From the human T2T-CHM13v2.0 reference genome, Homo sapiens: a stretch of 64,000 nt of DNA. Below are positions 53,001 through 64,000 of this stretch, in pieces (positions within the stretch are counted from its first letter, which is position 1; the number at the start of each line of letters is the position of its first letter). The stretch lies in NCBI RefSeq assembly GCF_009914755.1, contig NC_060946.1; one strand, written 5' to 3'. Below the pieces are notes generated by a model. That model was not told the DNA's origin, did not search any database, and saw nothing but the letters and a program-made list of their open reading frames with translations. Made by a program: the position numbers and the translations under genes.

Positions 53001-56000
53001 AATGGAATGGAGCAGAATGGAGTGGAGTGGAGTGGAATGGAGTGGAGTGGTGTGGAATGGAGTGGAATGGAATGGAGTGGAGTGGAGTGGAATGGAGTGG
53101 AATGGAGTGGAGTGGAATGGAGTGGAATGGAATGGAGTTTAGTGGAAAGGAATGTAATCGAATGGAACTTAATGGAATGAAACGGAATGGAAGGGAACAG
53201 AAAGGAATGGAGTGGATTGGAATGGAGTGCAGTGGAGTACAGTGGAGTCTATCAGAGTGCAGTGAAATGGAATGTAAGGGAATGGAGTGGAATGGAGTGG
53301 AGTCGAATGGAAATTAATGGAGTGGAGTGGAGTGGAGTGGAGTGGAATGGAATTGAGTGGAGTGGAATGGCATGGAATGGATCGGAGTGCAGTGGAATGG
53401 AATGCAATGGAATAGAATGGAATGGAATGGAATGGAAAGGAAAGGAATGGTGAAATGAAATGTGAGCTGAGACTGTGCCACTGCACTCCAGTATGCGGAA
53501 AAGAGTGAGATCCAGTCGAAATAAAGGACTGGAATGGAATGGAGTAAATTTGAAAGGAATGGACTGCTGTGGAATGGAATGGAGTGGAAAGGAAAGGAGT
53601 TGTGTGGAATGGAGAGGAGTGGAATAGAGTAGAGTGTAATGGAGTGGAGTAAAGTGTAATGGACTGAAACGGAATGGAATGCAGTGGAATGGAATGGAAT
53701 GGAATGGAGTGGAATGGAGTGGAGTGGAGTGGAATGGAGGGTAGTGTAATGGAGTGGAGTGGAATGGAGAGGAATGGAATGGAGTGGGGTGGAAAGGAAT
53801 GGAATCCAATGGAACTTAATGGAATGAAACGGAATGGAAAGGAACAGAATGGAATGGAGTGGATTGGAGTGGAGTGTAGTGGAGTTGAGTGGAGTGTATA
53901 GGGGTGCAGTGAAGTGGAATTTAAGGGAATGGAGTGGAATGGAGTGGAGTTGAATGGAATGGAATGGAATGGAGTGGAGTGGAGTGGAGAGGAGTGGAAT
54001 GTAATGGAGTGAAGTGGAGTGGAATGCAATGGAATGGAATGGAATGCAATGGAGTGGAGTGGAGTGGAATCGAGTGGAATGAAATGGCAAGGAATGGAAT
54101 GGAATAGAATGGAATGCAATGGAATGGAATGGTGAAATGAAATGTGAGCTAAGACGGTGCCACTGCACTCCTGTCATGGAGACAGAGTGAGATCCATTCG
54201 GAAATAAGGAATGGAATGCAATGGAGTAGAATGGAATGGAATGGAGTGGAGTGGAATGGAATGGAGTGGAATGCATGGGAGTGGAGTGGAATGGAGTGGA
54301 GGCAAATGGAGTGGTGGAATGGTGTATAGTGAAGTCTAATGGAGTGAAATGGAGTGGAACGGAGTGAAATGGCATGGAGAAGAATTCGGTGGAATGGAAT
54401 GGAATGGAATGGAATGGAATGGAATGGAATGGAATGGAATGGAGTGGAGTGGAATGGAGTGGAGTGCAGTGGAATGGTATGGATTGGAGTGGAATATAAT
54501 GGGGTGGAGTGGAATGGAATGGAAAGAGTGAAATTGAGTGGAGTGGAATGGAAGAGAATGCAATGGAACAGAATGGAATGGAATGGAAAAAGGCGTGGAG
54601 GGGATTGGAGTTGACTGGAGTGGATTGGAGGGCAGTGAAGTGGAATGGAATGGAATGGAGTGGTGTTTAGTGGACTGGAGTGGAGAGCAGTGGAGTGAAG
54701 TGGAATGGAATGGAGTGGAGCGGAATGGAATTGAATGGAGTGGAGTGTAGCGGAATGGAAAGGAGAGGAATGGAATTGAATAGAATGGAATGGAAAGGAA
54801 TGCAATGGAATGGATTGGAGTGAAGTGGAGAGGAATGAAGTGGAATGGAGTAGAAAGGAATGGAATGAGGTGGTTTGCAATGGAATTGATTTTAAAGGAA
54901 TGGAGTCAAGAGCAGTGGAGTGAAGTGCAGTGGAGCAGAAAGGAGTGAAATGCAGTGAAAAAGAGTGGAGTGGAATGGAATGGAACAGAATGGAATGGAG
55001 AGGAGTGGAGTGGACAGGAGTGCAGTGGAATGTAATGGAGTGGAGTGCAGTGGAGTGGAGTGGAGTAGAGTGAATTGGAATGGAAGGGAATGGACTGTAG
55101 TGGAGTGGAATGGAATTGAGTGGAGTGGAGTGGAATGGAATTGAGTGGAGTGGAATGGAATGGAATGGAATGGAATGGAATGGAATGGAGAAGAGTGGAA
55201 TGGAAAGAATAGGAATGGAATGGAATGGAATGGAATGGAATGGAATGGAATGGAATGGAATGGAATGGAATGGAATGGAATGAAATGGAATGGAATGGAG
55301 AAGAGTGGAATGGAAAGAATAGGAAAGGAATGGAATGAAGTGGAATGAAATGGAGTGGACTGGACTGGATTGAAGTTAAGTGGAATGGAATGGAGTGGAA
55401 TGGAATGGAGTGCAATGGAATGGAGTGGAGTGGATCGGAGTGCAGTGGAATGGAATGGAATGGAGTGAAGTGGAGTGGATTGGAATTGAGTGGAGTGGAG
55501 TCGAATGGAGCGGAATGGAATGGAGAAGAATGGAATGGAAAGGATTGGAATGGAATTGAATGAAGTGGAATAGAATGGAGTGGACAGGAGTGGATTGAAG
55601 TTAGGTAGAATGGAATGGAGTGGAAACGAATGGAGTGGAATGGAGTGGAGTGGATCAGAGTGAAGGGGAATGGAATGGAATGTAGTGAAGGGGAATGGAA
55701 TGGAATGTAGTGCAGTGGAATGGAATGGAATGCAGTGGAGTGGAGTGGAGTGAAGTGGATTCGAGTGGAGTTGATTGGAGTTGAATGGAATGGAATGGAG
55801 AGGAATGGAATGGAAGGGAGTGGAGGGGAATGGAAAGGAATGGAAGGAAATGGAATGGAAATTAGTGGAGTGGAATGGAATGGAATGGACTGGACTGGAA
55901 TGGAGTGGAGTGGAATGGAATGGAGTGGATTGGAGTGGAGTGGAGTGGAGTGGAGTGGAGTGGACTGGAGTGGAGTGGAGTGCAGTGGACTGCAGTGCAA

Positions 56001-59000
56001 TGAAGGGGAGTGGAGTGGAGTGGAATGGAGAAGAATGGAATGGAGTGTACTGTAATGGAAGGGAATGGAAACGAATGGGATGGAATGGAACAGAACGGAA
56101 TGGAAGAGAATGGAATGAAGTGGACAGGAGTGCAGTGGAGATGAATGGAGTGGATCGCATTGTAGTGGAATGGAATGGAGTGGAGTGGAGTGGAATGGAG
56201 AAGAATGGAATGGAATGGAGTAGAATGGAAAGGAATGGAGTGGAGTGGAGTGGAATGGAGAAGAATGGAATGGAATGGAGTAGAATGGAAAGGAACGGAT
56301 GGAGTGGAATGGAAAGTAATGGAATGGAACAGAATGGAATGGAGTGTACAGGAGTGGAGTGGAGTTGAGTGGAGTAGATCGCAGCACAGTGGAATGGAAT
56401 GGAATGGAATACAATGGAGTGGGGTGGAGTGTATTTCAGGGGACTGGAGTGGAGTGGAGTGGAATGGAATGGAGTGGAGTGGAATGGAGTGGAATGGGAC
56501 AGAACGGAATGGAGTGCAACTGAGTGGATAGGAGTGGATTGGAGTTGAGTGGAGTGGATCAGAGTTCAGTGGAATGGAATGGAATGGAATGGAATGGAAT
56601 GGAATGGAATGGAGTGGAGTGGAGTGGAGTGGAATGGAGTGGAATGGAGTGGAATGGAATGGAGTGAAGTGGAATGGAGTGGAATGGAAGGGAATGCAAT
56701 GGAATGTTTAAATGAAATGTCAGCTAAGATTGTCCCACTGCACACCAGTCTGGTTGACAGAGTGAGATCCAGTCGAAATAAAGAAATGGAATATAACAGA
56801 GTAAAATGCAAAGGAATGGGAGGGGGGTGGAATGGAATGGAGTGGAAAGAAGGGAGTGGAGTTGTTAGGAGTAGAGTGGAATGGAGTGGAGTGGAATGGA
56901 TTGGAGTGGAATGGAGTGTAATGAAGTGGAGTGGAATTGAATGGAATGGGGTGGAATGGAATGGAATGAAGTGGAATGGAATTGAGTCCCGTTGAGTCAA
57001 GTGGAATGGAGTGAAATGGAGTAGAGTGGAATGGAGTGCAGTGGAATGGAAAGGATTAAAATGGAATGGAATGGAACGGAGTGTACAGTAGTGGAGTGTA
57101 GTGGAGTTGAGTGGAGTGGATCAGAGTGCAGTGGAATGCAATGGAATGGAATGTAGTAGAGTCGAGTGGAGTGAAGTGGATTGCAGTGGAATGGAGTGGA
57201 ATGGAATGGAGTGGAGAGGAATGGAATGGAATGGAATGGAACGGAATGCAGTGGAGTGGATTGGAATGGAATGGAGTGGAGTTGTGTGGAGTTGAGTGGA
57301 GGGGAGTGGACTGAAGCGGAATGGAATGAAATGGTGAAATGAAATGTGAGCTATGATTGTGCCACTGCATTCCAGTCTGGGTGACGGAGTGACATCCAAT
57401 TGAAATGATGGATTGGAATGGAATAGAGTGGAGTGGAATGGAATGGAGTGGAATGGAGTGGAATGGAGTGGAATCGAATGGAATGGAATGGAGTTGAATG
57501 CAATGGAATGGAGTAGAGTGGAATGGAGCAGAGTTGAGTGGAATGAAGTGGAATGGAATGGAACGGAATGGAACAGAATGGAATGGAGTGCAGTGGAGCG
57601 CATCATAATGGAGTTTACAGTAGTGGATTGGAATGCAGTGGAATGGAATGGAATGGAGTGGAGTGGAGTGGATTGGAGTGGATTTTAACAGAGTGTAATG
57701 GAATGGAGTGGAGTGTAATGGAATGGAACCGAACGGAATGAAACGGAGTGGAGTAGAGTGGAGTTCAGTGGAGTGGATCAGAGGGCAGTGGAAAGGAATA
57801 AAATGGAATGGAATGGAAAGAAGTGTAGTGGAATGGAATAGGGTAGAGTGGAGTGGCTTGGAGGGAATGAAGTGCCATGGAGTGAAATAGAGTTTAGTGG
57901 AATGGCGTGGAGTGGAATGGAGTGGAATGGAATAGAAAGGAATGGAGTGGAATGGAATGGAATGTAGTAGAATGGAGTGGAGCGGAGTGGAATTCAGTGA
58001 AATGGAGTGCAATGGAATGGAGTGGAATGGAAAGGAATGGAACGGAACTGAACAGAGTGGAACGGAGTGGATTGGAGTGGATTGGAGTGGAGTGGAGTGG
58101 TTCAGAGTGCAGTGGAAAGGAATGGAATGCAAAGGAGTGGAGTGCTGTGGAGTGGAGTGGATTGGAGTGGAGTGGAAAGGAGTGGAATGGAGTGAAATGG
58201 AGTGGAATGGAATGGAGTGGAGTGGAATGGAACAGAGTGGAACGGAACGGAATGGAATGGAATGGAACGGAATGGAATGAAACGGAAGGGAACGGTATGG
58301 ACTGGTGTGGAGTTGAGTGGAATGTATCAGAGTGCAGTGGAAAGGGATGGAATGGAATTGAATGCAATTGAATGGAATGGAGTGGAGTGAAATGGAATGG
58401 AATTGAATGGAATGCAATGGATTGGAGTGAAATGGAATGGAATTGAATGGAATGCAATGGAATGGAAAGGAATGAAATGGAACGTAATGGAATGGAGTGG
58501 AGTGGAGTGGAGTTTAATAGAGTGGAGGGGGCTGTTGTGGATTGGAATGAAATGCAATGCAATGGAGTGGAATGGAGTGGAGTGGCATGGAGTGCAATGA
58601 AATAGAACGCAGTCGAATGGAAAGGAGATGAGTGGAATGGAGTGGAGGGTAATGGAGTGGAGGGGAGTGGAGAGGAATGGAGTGGATTGGAGTCGAGTGG
58701 AGTGGAATGGAGTGGAATGGAATGGAAAGGAATGGAATGGAATGGGTTGGAATGGAGTGGGTTGGAGAGGAATGGATTGGAGTGGAGTGGAATGCAATGC
58801 AATGGAACAAAATGGAATGAAATGGAAGGAAACAGAGTAGAGTGGAGTGGAGTTCAGTGGAGTTGACGGAACGGGATCGGAGTTCAGTGGAATGGATAGG
58901 AATGCAATTGAATGGAAAGAGGTTGAGTGGAATGGAATGGAATGAAATGGAAAGGAATGGAAAGGAGTGGAGTGGAGTGGAGTGGAGAAGATTGGAGTGG

Positions 59001-62000
59001 AAGGGAGTGGAGTGGAGTAGAATGGAGTGGAATGGAATAGAGTGGAGTGGAATGGAATGGAATGGAAAAAAATGGAATGGAATGGAATGGAATGCAACGG
59101 AACGGAGTGGAGTGCCTTGCGGTGGACTTGAGTGGAGTGGAGTGGAATGGATTGGAAAGGAGTGGAATGGAATGGAAAGGAATGCAGTGGAATGGAAACG
59201 AATGTAGTGCAATAGAATGGAGTGGAGTGGAGTGGAGTGGAATTGAGTGGAATTGAGTGAAATGGAGTGGACAGTTATGGAGTGGAGTTAAATGGAGTGG
59301 AGTGGAATGGAATGGAATGGCACGAAATGGAACGGAATGGAATGCAATGGAATGGAGTGGAGTGTAATGAAGTTGATTGGAGTAGATCGGAGTGCAGTGG
59401 AATGGAATGGAATGGAATGGAATGGAATGGAAAGGAATGGAATGGAATGGAATAGAGTGGAGTGGAGTGGAGTGGAATTGAGTGGACTGGAGTAGTGTGC
59501 AGTGGAGTTTAGAGGAATGGATTGGAGTTGAGTGGAATGGAAAGGAATGTATTGGAATGAAATGTAACGGAGTGGAATGGAATGGAATGGAGTGCAGTGG
59601 AGTGGAATGGAATGCAATGGAATGGAATGGAATGGAATGGAATGGAATGGAATGGAATGGAATGGAATGGAATGGAATGGAATGGAGTGGAATGGAATGG
59701 AGTGGAGTGGAATGGAATGGAATGGAGTGGATTGGAATGCAACGTAGTGGAGTGGAGTGGAATGGAGTGGAGTGGAGTGCACTGGAGTGGAATTGGGTGA
59801 AATGGAGTGGAGTGGAGTGGAGTGGAATGTATTGTAGTGGAATGGAGAGGAGTGGAGTGGAGTAGAGAGGAGTGGACTGGATCGGAGTTCAAAGGAATGG
59901 AATGGAATGGAATGGAATGGAATGCAGTGGAGTGGAGTGGAATGGAGTGGAAAAGAATGGAATGGAGTGGAATTGAGTGGACTGGAAAGGAGTGGAAAGG
60001 AGTGAAATGGAATGGAGTGGAATGGAGTAAAATGGAATGGAAAGGAGTGGAATGGAGTGGAGTGGAATGGAGTGCAGTGGAATGGAGTGGACTGGAAGGC
60101 AGTTGAATAGAGTGGAATGGAATGGAATGGAATGGAATGGAATGGAATGGAGTGTAATGTAGTGGAATGGAGTGGAGTGGAGTGGAATGAAGCGCAGTCT
60201 AATGGAGTGGAGAGGAATGGAGTGGAATCGAGGAAAACGGAGAGGAGTGGAATGAAGTGGAGTGGAATGGAATGGAGTGGAATGGAAAGCAACAGAACGG
60301 AATGGATCAGAATGGAATATAACGCAGTGGAGAGGAGTGGACGGTAGTGAAGTTGAGTGAAGAGGACTAGAGTGTAGTGGAATCGAATGGAAATAAATGG
60401 TATGGAATGGAGTGAAGTGAAGTGGAGTGGAGTAGAGTGGACTGGAGTGGAATGGAGTGGAATGGAATGGAATGGAGTAGAGTGGAATTGAATGGAATGG
60501 AATGGAAAGGAATGGTATTCTGAAATGTAATGAGAGCTAAGATTATGCCTCTGTACTCCAGTGTGTGTGACAAAGAGAGATCCAGTCAAAATAAAGGAAT
60601 TGAATGCAATGGAGTAGATTGGAATGGAATGGAGTGGAGTGGAATGGAATTGGGTGGAATGGAGTGGAGTGGAATGGAGTGGGTTGGAGAGGAATGGATT
60701 GGAGTGGAGTGGAATGCAATGTAATGGAAAAGAATGGAATGGAATGGAAGGGAACAGAGTGCAGTGGAGTGGAGTGCAGTGGAGTTGACTGAAGTGGATG
60801 GGAGTGCAGTGGAATGGATAGGAATGCAATCAAATGGAAAGAGGTTGAGTGGAATGGAATGGAATGAAATGGAAAAGAATGGAAAGGAATGGAGTGGAGT
60901 GGAGTGTAATTGAGTGGAGAACAGTTGGGTGTAGTTGAGTTGAATGGAGTGGAGTTGAGTGGAGTGGAATGGAGTGCAATGGAACGGAATGGAGTGGAAT
61001 GGAATGGAATGGAGTGAATTTCAAAGGAGTGGAATGTAACGGAGTGGAATGCAATGGAATGGAATGGAATGGAATGCGACGGAATGGAATGGACTAGACT
61101 AGAGATGAGTGGAGTAGAATGGATTGCAGTGGCCTGGAGTGGAGGGGAGTTGAGAGGAGCGGATCAAAGTGCAGTGGAATGGAATGCAATGGAATGTAAT
61201 GGAATGAAGTGGAGTGGAATAGAATGGAATGGAGTGGAGTGGAGTGGCATGGAATGGAATGGAAGGGAATGGAATGGAATGCAATGGAATGGAACGGAAC
61301 GGAACGGAATGGAATGGAATGGAATGGAATGGAATGGAATGGAATGGAATGGAATGCAATGGAATGGAATGGAATGCAATGGAATGGAATGGAACGGAAT
61401 GGAATGGAATGCAATGGAATGGAACGCAATGGAATGGAACGGAATGGAATGGAACGGAATGGAAGGGAATGGAATGGAATGGAATGGTGAAATGAAATGT
61501 GAGCTAAGATTGCGCCACTGCACTCCAGTCTCGGTGACACAGTGATATCCAGTCGAAACAAAGGAATGGAATGGTATGGAATGGAATGGAGTAGAATGCA
61601 ATGGAATGGAGTGGAGTGGAATGGAATAGAGTGGAATGTAGTGGAGTGGAATTGAGTGGAATGGAATGGAGTGGAGTGGAATGGAATGGAATGGAGTGGA
61701 AGGGAAAGGAGTGCCTTGGAATGGATTGCAATGGAACGGAATGGAAAGGAATGGAAAGGAACGGAACGGAGTGGAGTGGAGTAGATTGGACTGGATTGGA
61801 ATGCACTGGAATGGAATGGCATGGAATGGAATAGAGTGGAATGGAATGGAGTCGAGTGGAGTGGAGTGGATTGGAGTGGACTATAGTGGAATGGAGTGAA
61901 ATAGAGTGGAGTGGAAATGAGTGGAGTGGAATGGAATGGGGAGGATTGGATCGGAATGGAACAGTACGGAAAGGAACGGAATGGAAAGGAGTGGAGTGGA

Positions 62001-62489
62001 GTGGAGTTGATTGGAGTGGATCACAATGCAGTGGAATGGAATGGAATGGAATGGAATGGAATGGAATGGAATGGAAGGGAGTGGAGTGGAGTGGAATGGA
62101 GTGGAATGGAATGGAGTGGAGTGGGATGAAATGAAATGGAAAGGAACGGAGTGGAATGCCATGGAAGGGAATGGAATAGAATGGAATGGAATGCAACGGA
62201 ATGGAATGGACTGGAGTGGAGTTGAGTGGAGTAGAATGGATAGCAGTGGACTGGAGTGGAGGGGAGTTGAGAGGAGTGGATCAAAGTGCAGTGGAATGGA
62301 ATGCAATGGAATGTAATGGAATGAAGTGGAGTCGAATGGAATGGAATGGAGTGGAGTGGAGTAGAGTGGCGTGGAATGGAATGGAGTGCAATGGAATGCA
62401 ATGGAATGGAATGGTGAAATGAAATGTGAGCTAAGATTGTGCCACTGCACTCCAGTCTGGGTGACAGAGTGATATCCAGTCGAAACAAA
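20007..62489 (+). mobile_element. ~40 dispersed copies of a 77-bp Alu-3'-end-derived cassette, amplified as part of the satellite (span gives first to last copy)
   Basis: Consensus GGTGAAATGAAATGTGAGCTAAGATTGTGCCACTGCACTCCAGTCTGGGTGACAGAGTGAGATCCAGTCGAAATAAA versus the Alu right-arm end GTGAGC(TAT/CGA)GATCGCGCCACTGCACTCCAGCCTGGGCGACAGAGCGAGAC(CCT/TCC)GTCTCAAAA. Approximate TGAGC positions: 20021, 20482, 23182, 24123, 24910, 25341, 26743, 28058, 29868, 30269, 31665, 32777, 33358, 34004, 34906, 36172, 36993, 37888, 38855, 39537, 40454, 41685, 42267 (truncated), 43257, 44074, 44985, 47017, 47594, 48613, 48984, 50664, 52041, 52828, 53463, 54145, 56720, 57347, 60533, 61500, 62427. Confidence 0.92.
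45050..46330 (+). repeat. Locally homogenised tandem expansion within HSat3 (105-bp and 490-bp periods)
   Basis: GGATTGAAGTGGAATGGATTGGAAAGG recurs with TTGAAG at ~45161, 45266 and 45371 (105 bp). GTGGGCTGAAGTGGAATAGATTGG occurs at 45441 and 45931 (490 bp). Confidence 0.85.
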
Positions 62490-63000
62490 GGAATAGAATG
62501 AATGGAAAAGAGTAGAATGGAATGGAAAGGAATGGAGTGGAGTGGAATGGAATAGAGTGGAATGTATTGGACTGGAATTGAGTGGAATGCAATGGAATGG
62601 AGTGGAATGGAATGCAATGGAGTGGAAGGGAAAGGAGTGCCTTGAAATGGATTGCAATGGAACGGAATGGAAAGGAATGGAAAGGAAAGGAATGGAATGG
62701 AATGGAGTGGAGTGGAGTAGATTGGACTGGATTGGAGTGCACTGGAATGGAATGGAATGGAATGGAATAGAACGGAAAGGGAATGGAGTGGAATGGAATG
62801 GAGTCGAGTGGAGTGGAATGGATTGGAGTGGACTATAGTGGAATGGAGTGGAATGGAGTGAAATGGAGTGGAGTGGAAATGAGTGGAGTGGAACGGAATG
62901 GGGTGGATTGGATCGGAATGGAACAGTACGGAAAGGAACGGAATGGATAGGAGTGGAGTGGAGTGGAGTTGATTGGAGTGGATCAGAGTACAGTGGAATG
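61050..63000 (+). repeat. ~930-960-bp tandem duplication of a complete cassette-plus-pentamer unit
   Basis: Shared rare variants GATATCCAGTCGAAACAAAGG, AAAGGAGTGCCTTG (~61705/62632), GGACTATAGTGG (~61878/62829) and ACAGTACGGAAAGG (~61961/62922). Confidence 0.85.
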
Positions 63001-64000
63001 GAATGGAATGGAATGGAATGGAATGGAATGGAATGGAAGGGAGTGGAGTGGATTGGAGTTGAGTGGAGTGGAATGGAGTGGAATGGAGTGGAGTGAAATG
63101 GAGTGGAATGGAGTGGAATGGAATGGAGTAGAGTGAGATGAAATGAAATAGAATGGAATGGAATGGAACGGAGTGGAGTGGAATGGACATGAGTGGAGTT
63201 GACTGGAGTGGAACGGAGTGCAGGGGAAAGGAATGGTATAGATTGGAATTGAATGTAATGGAATGGAGTGGAATGGAATACAAAGGAATGGTGTGGAGTG
63301 GTGTGCAGGGGAGTTGAGTGGAGTCGAAAGGAGCGGAGTGGAATGTAGTGGAGTGGAGTGTAATGGAATGGAATGGAGTGGAATGTATTGGAATGGAATG
63401 GTATGTAGTGGAGTGGAACGGAATGGAGTGTAATGGAATGGAATGGAGTTGAGTGAAATGGAATGCAATGGATTGGAATGGAACAGAACGGAGTGAAGTG
63501 GAGTTGAGTGGAGTGGAATGAAAAGGAGTGTAGTAGAATGGGAGGCAATGGAATGGAGTGGAGTGGAGGTGAGTTGCATGGAATGAAGTGCAGTGGAATG
63601 GAGTGGAGTTGAGTGGAATGGAATGGAGTGGAATGGAATAGAATGGAGTGGAGTGGCAAGGAATGCAGTGGAGTCGAGTAGAGTGGAGTGGAAAGGAAAG
63701 GGGTGGAGTAGAATGGAAGGAATGGAAAGGAGTAGAGTGGAGTGGAATGGAATGGAGTGGGGTGGAGAGGAATGGAATGGAGTGGAGTGGAATAGAATGG
63801 AGAAGAATGGAATTGAATGGAGTGGAATGTAATGGAGAAGAATGGAATGGAATGGAATGGAGTGGAATGGAATGAATTGGAGTGGAGTCGAGTGGAGTGG
63901 AATGGAGTGGAATGAAGTGAAACTGAGTGGAGGGAAAAGGAGTGGAGTGTAATGGAATGGAGTGGAATGGAACGGAATGGAATGGAATGGAATGGCATGG

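Larger units (their letters stand above)
18539..64000 (+). repeat. Satellite III (HSat3), GGAAT/GGAGT-rich divergent pentamer array, G-rich strand on +
   Basis: Tandem GGAAT and GGAGT pentamers with variants (GCAGT, GGAAC, GGATT, TGAGT, GGAAA), in one orientation throughout. The HSat2-type ATCATCGAATGG motif was not seen. The array extends past the window end. Confidence 0.97.

Noticed and set aside
20007-62489. CRISPR-like constant repeat plus variable spacer layout
   Set aside because: The repeat is a 77-bp Alu fragment, the spacers are 0.3-3 kb of satellite, there are no cas genes and the context is primate.
18450-64000. Hundreds of ORFs of MEWNG/VEWSG and HSIPF/HSTPL type, up to 1275 aa (43261..47088)
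   Set aside because: They are direct translations of 5-bp repeats that lack stop codons. They overlap in all frames and on both strands and have no domain content. The match to the ORF2p length (1275 aa) is coincidental.

Overview
This is primate (most likely human or great-ape) pericentromeric heterochromatin, with no supportable host protein-coding or RNA gene. Bases 1-18541 are divergent monomeric alpha satellite (~171 bp, all A-type/pJalpha monomers, no CENP-B box seen). The alpha block has a strand inversion at ~1931 and three truncated L1PA insertions: a 5'-inverted L1PA3-like, an L1PA2-like and an L1PA4-like copy. At 18539-18541 it fuses through a 3-bp GAT microhomology to a >45 kb GGAAT/GGAGT-rich satellite III (HSat3) array that runs to the window end. 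The most notable structure is that the HSat3 array is punctuated about 40 times, always in the same orientation, by a conserved 77-bp cassette derived from the 3' end of an old (AluJo/FRAM-like) Alu. Most copies end in AATAAA, and the core CCACTGCACTCCA is the exact reverse complement of the satellite's recurrent TGGAGTGCAGTGG motif. Used as landmarks, the cassettes reveal nested duplications from 40 bp to ~7 kb. Nearly all listed ORFs are low-complexity translation artefacts; only the L1 ORF2 fragments are real coding relics. Coordinates and counts were read by eye and may be off by a few bases.
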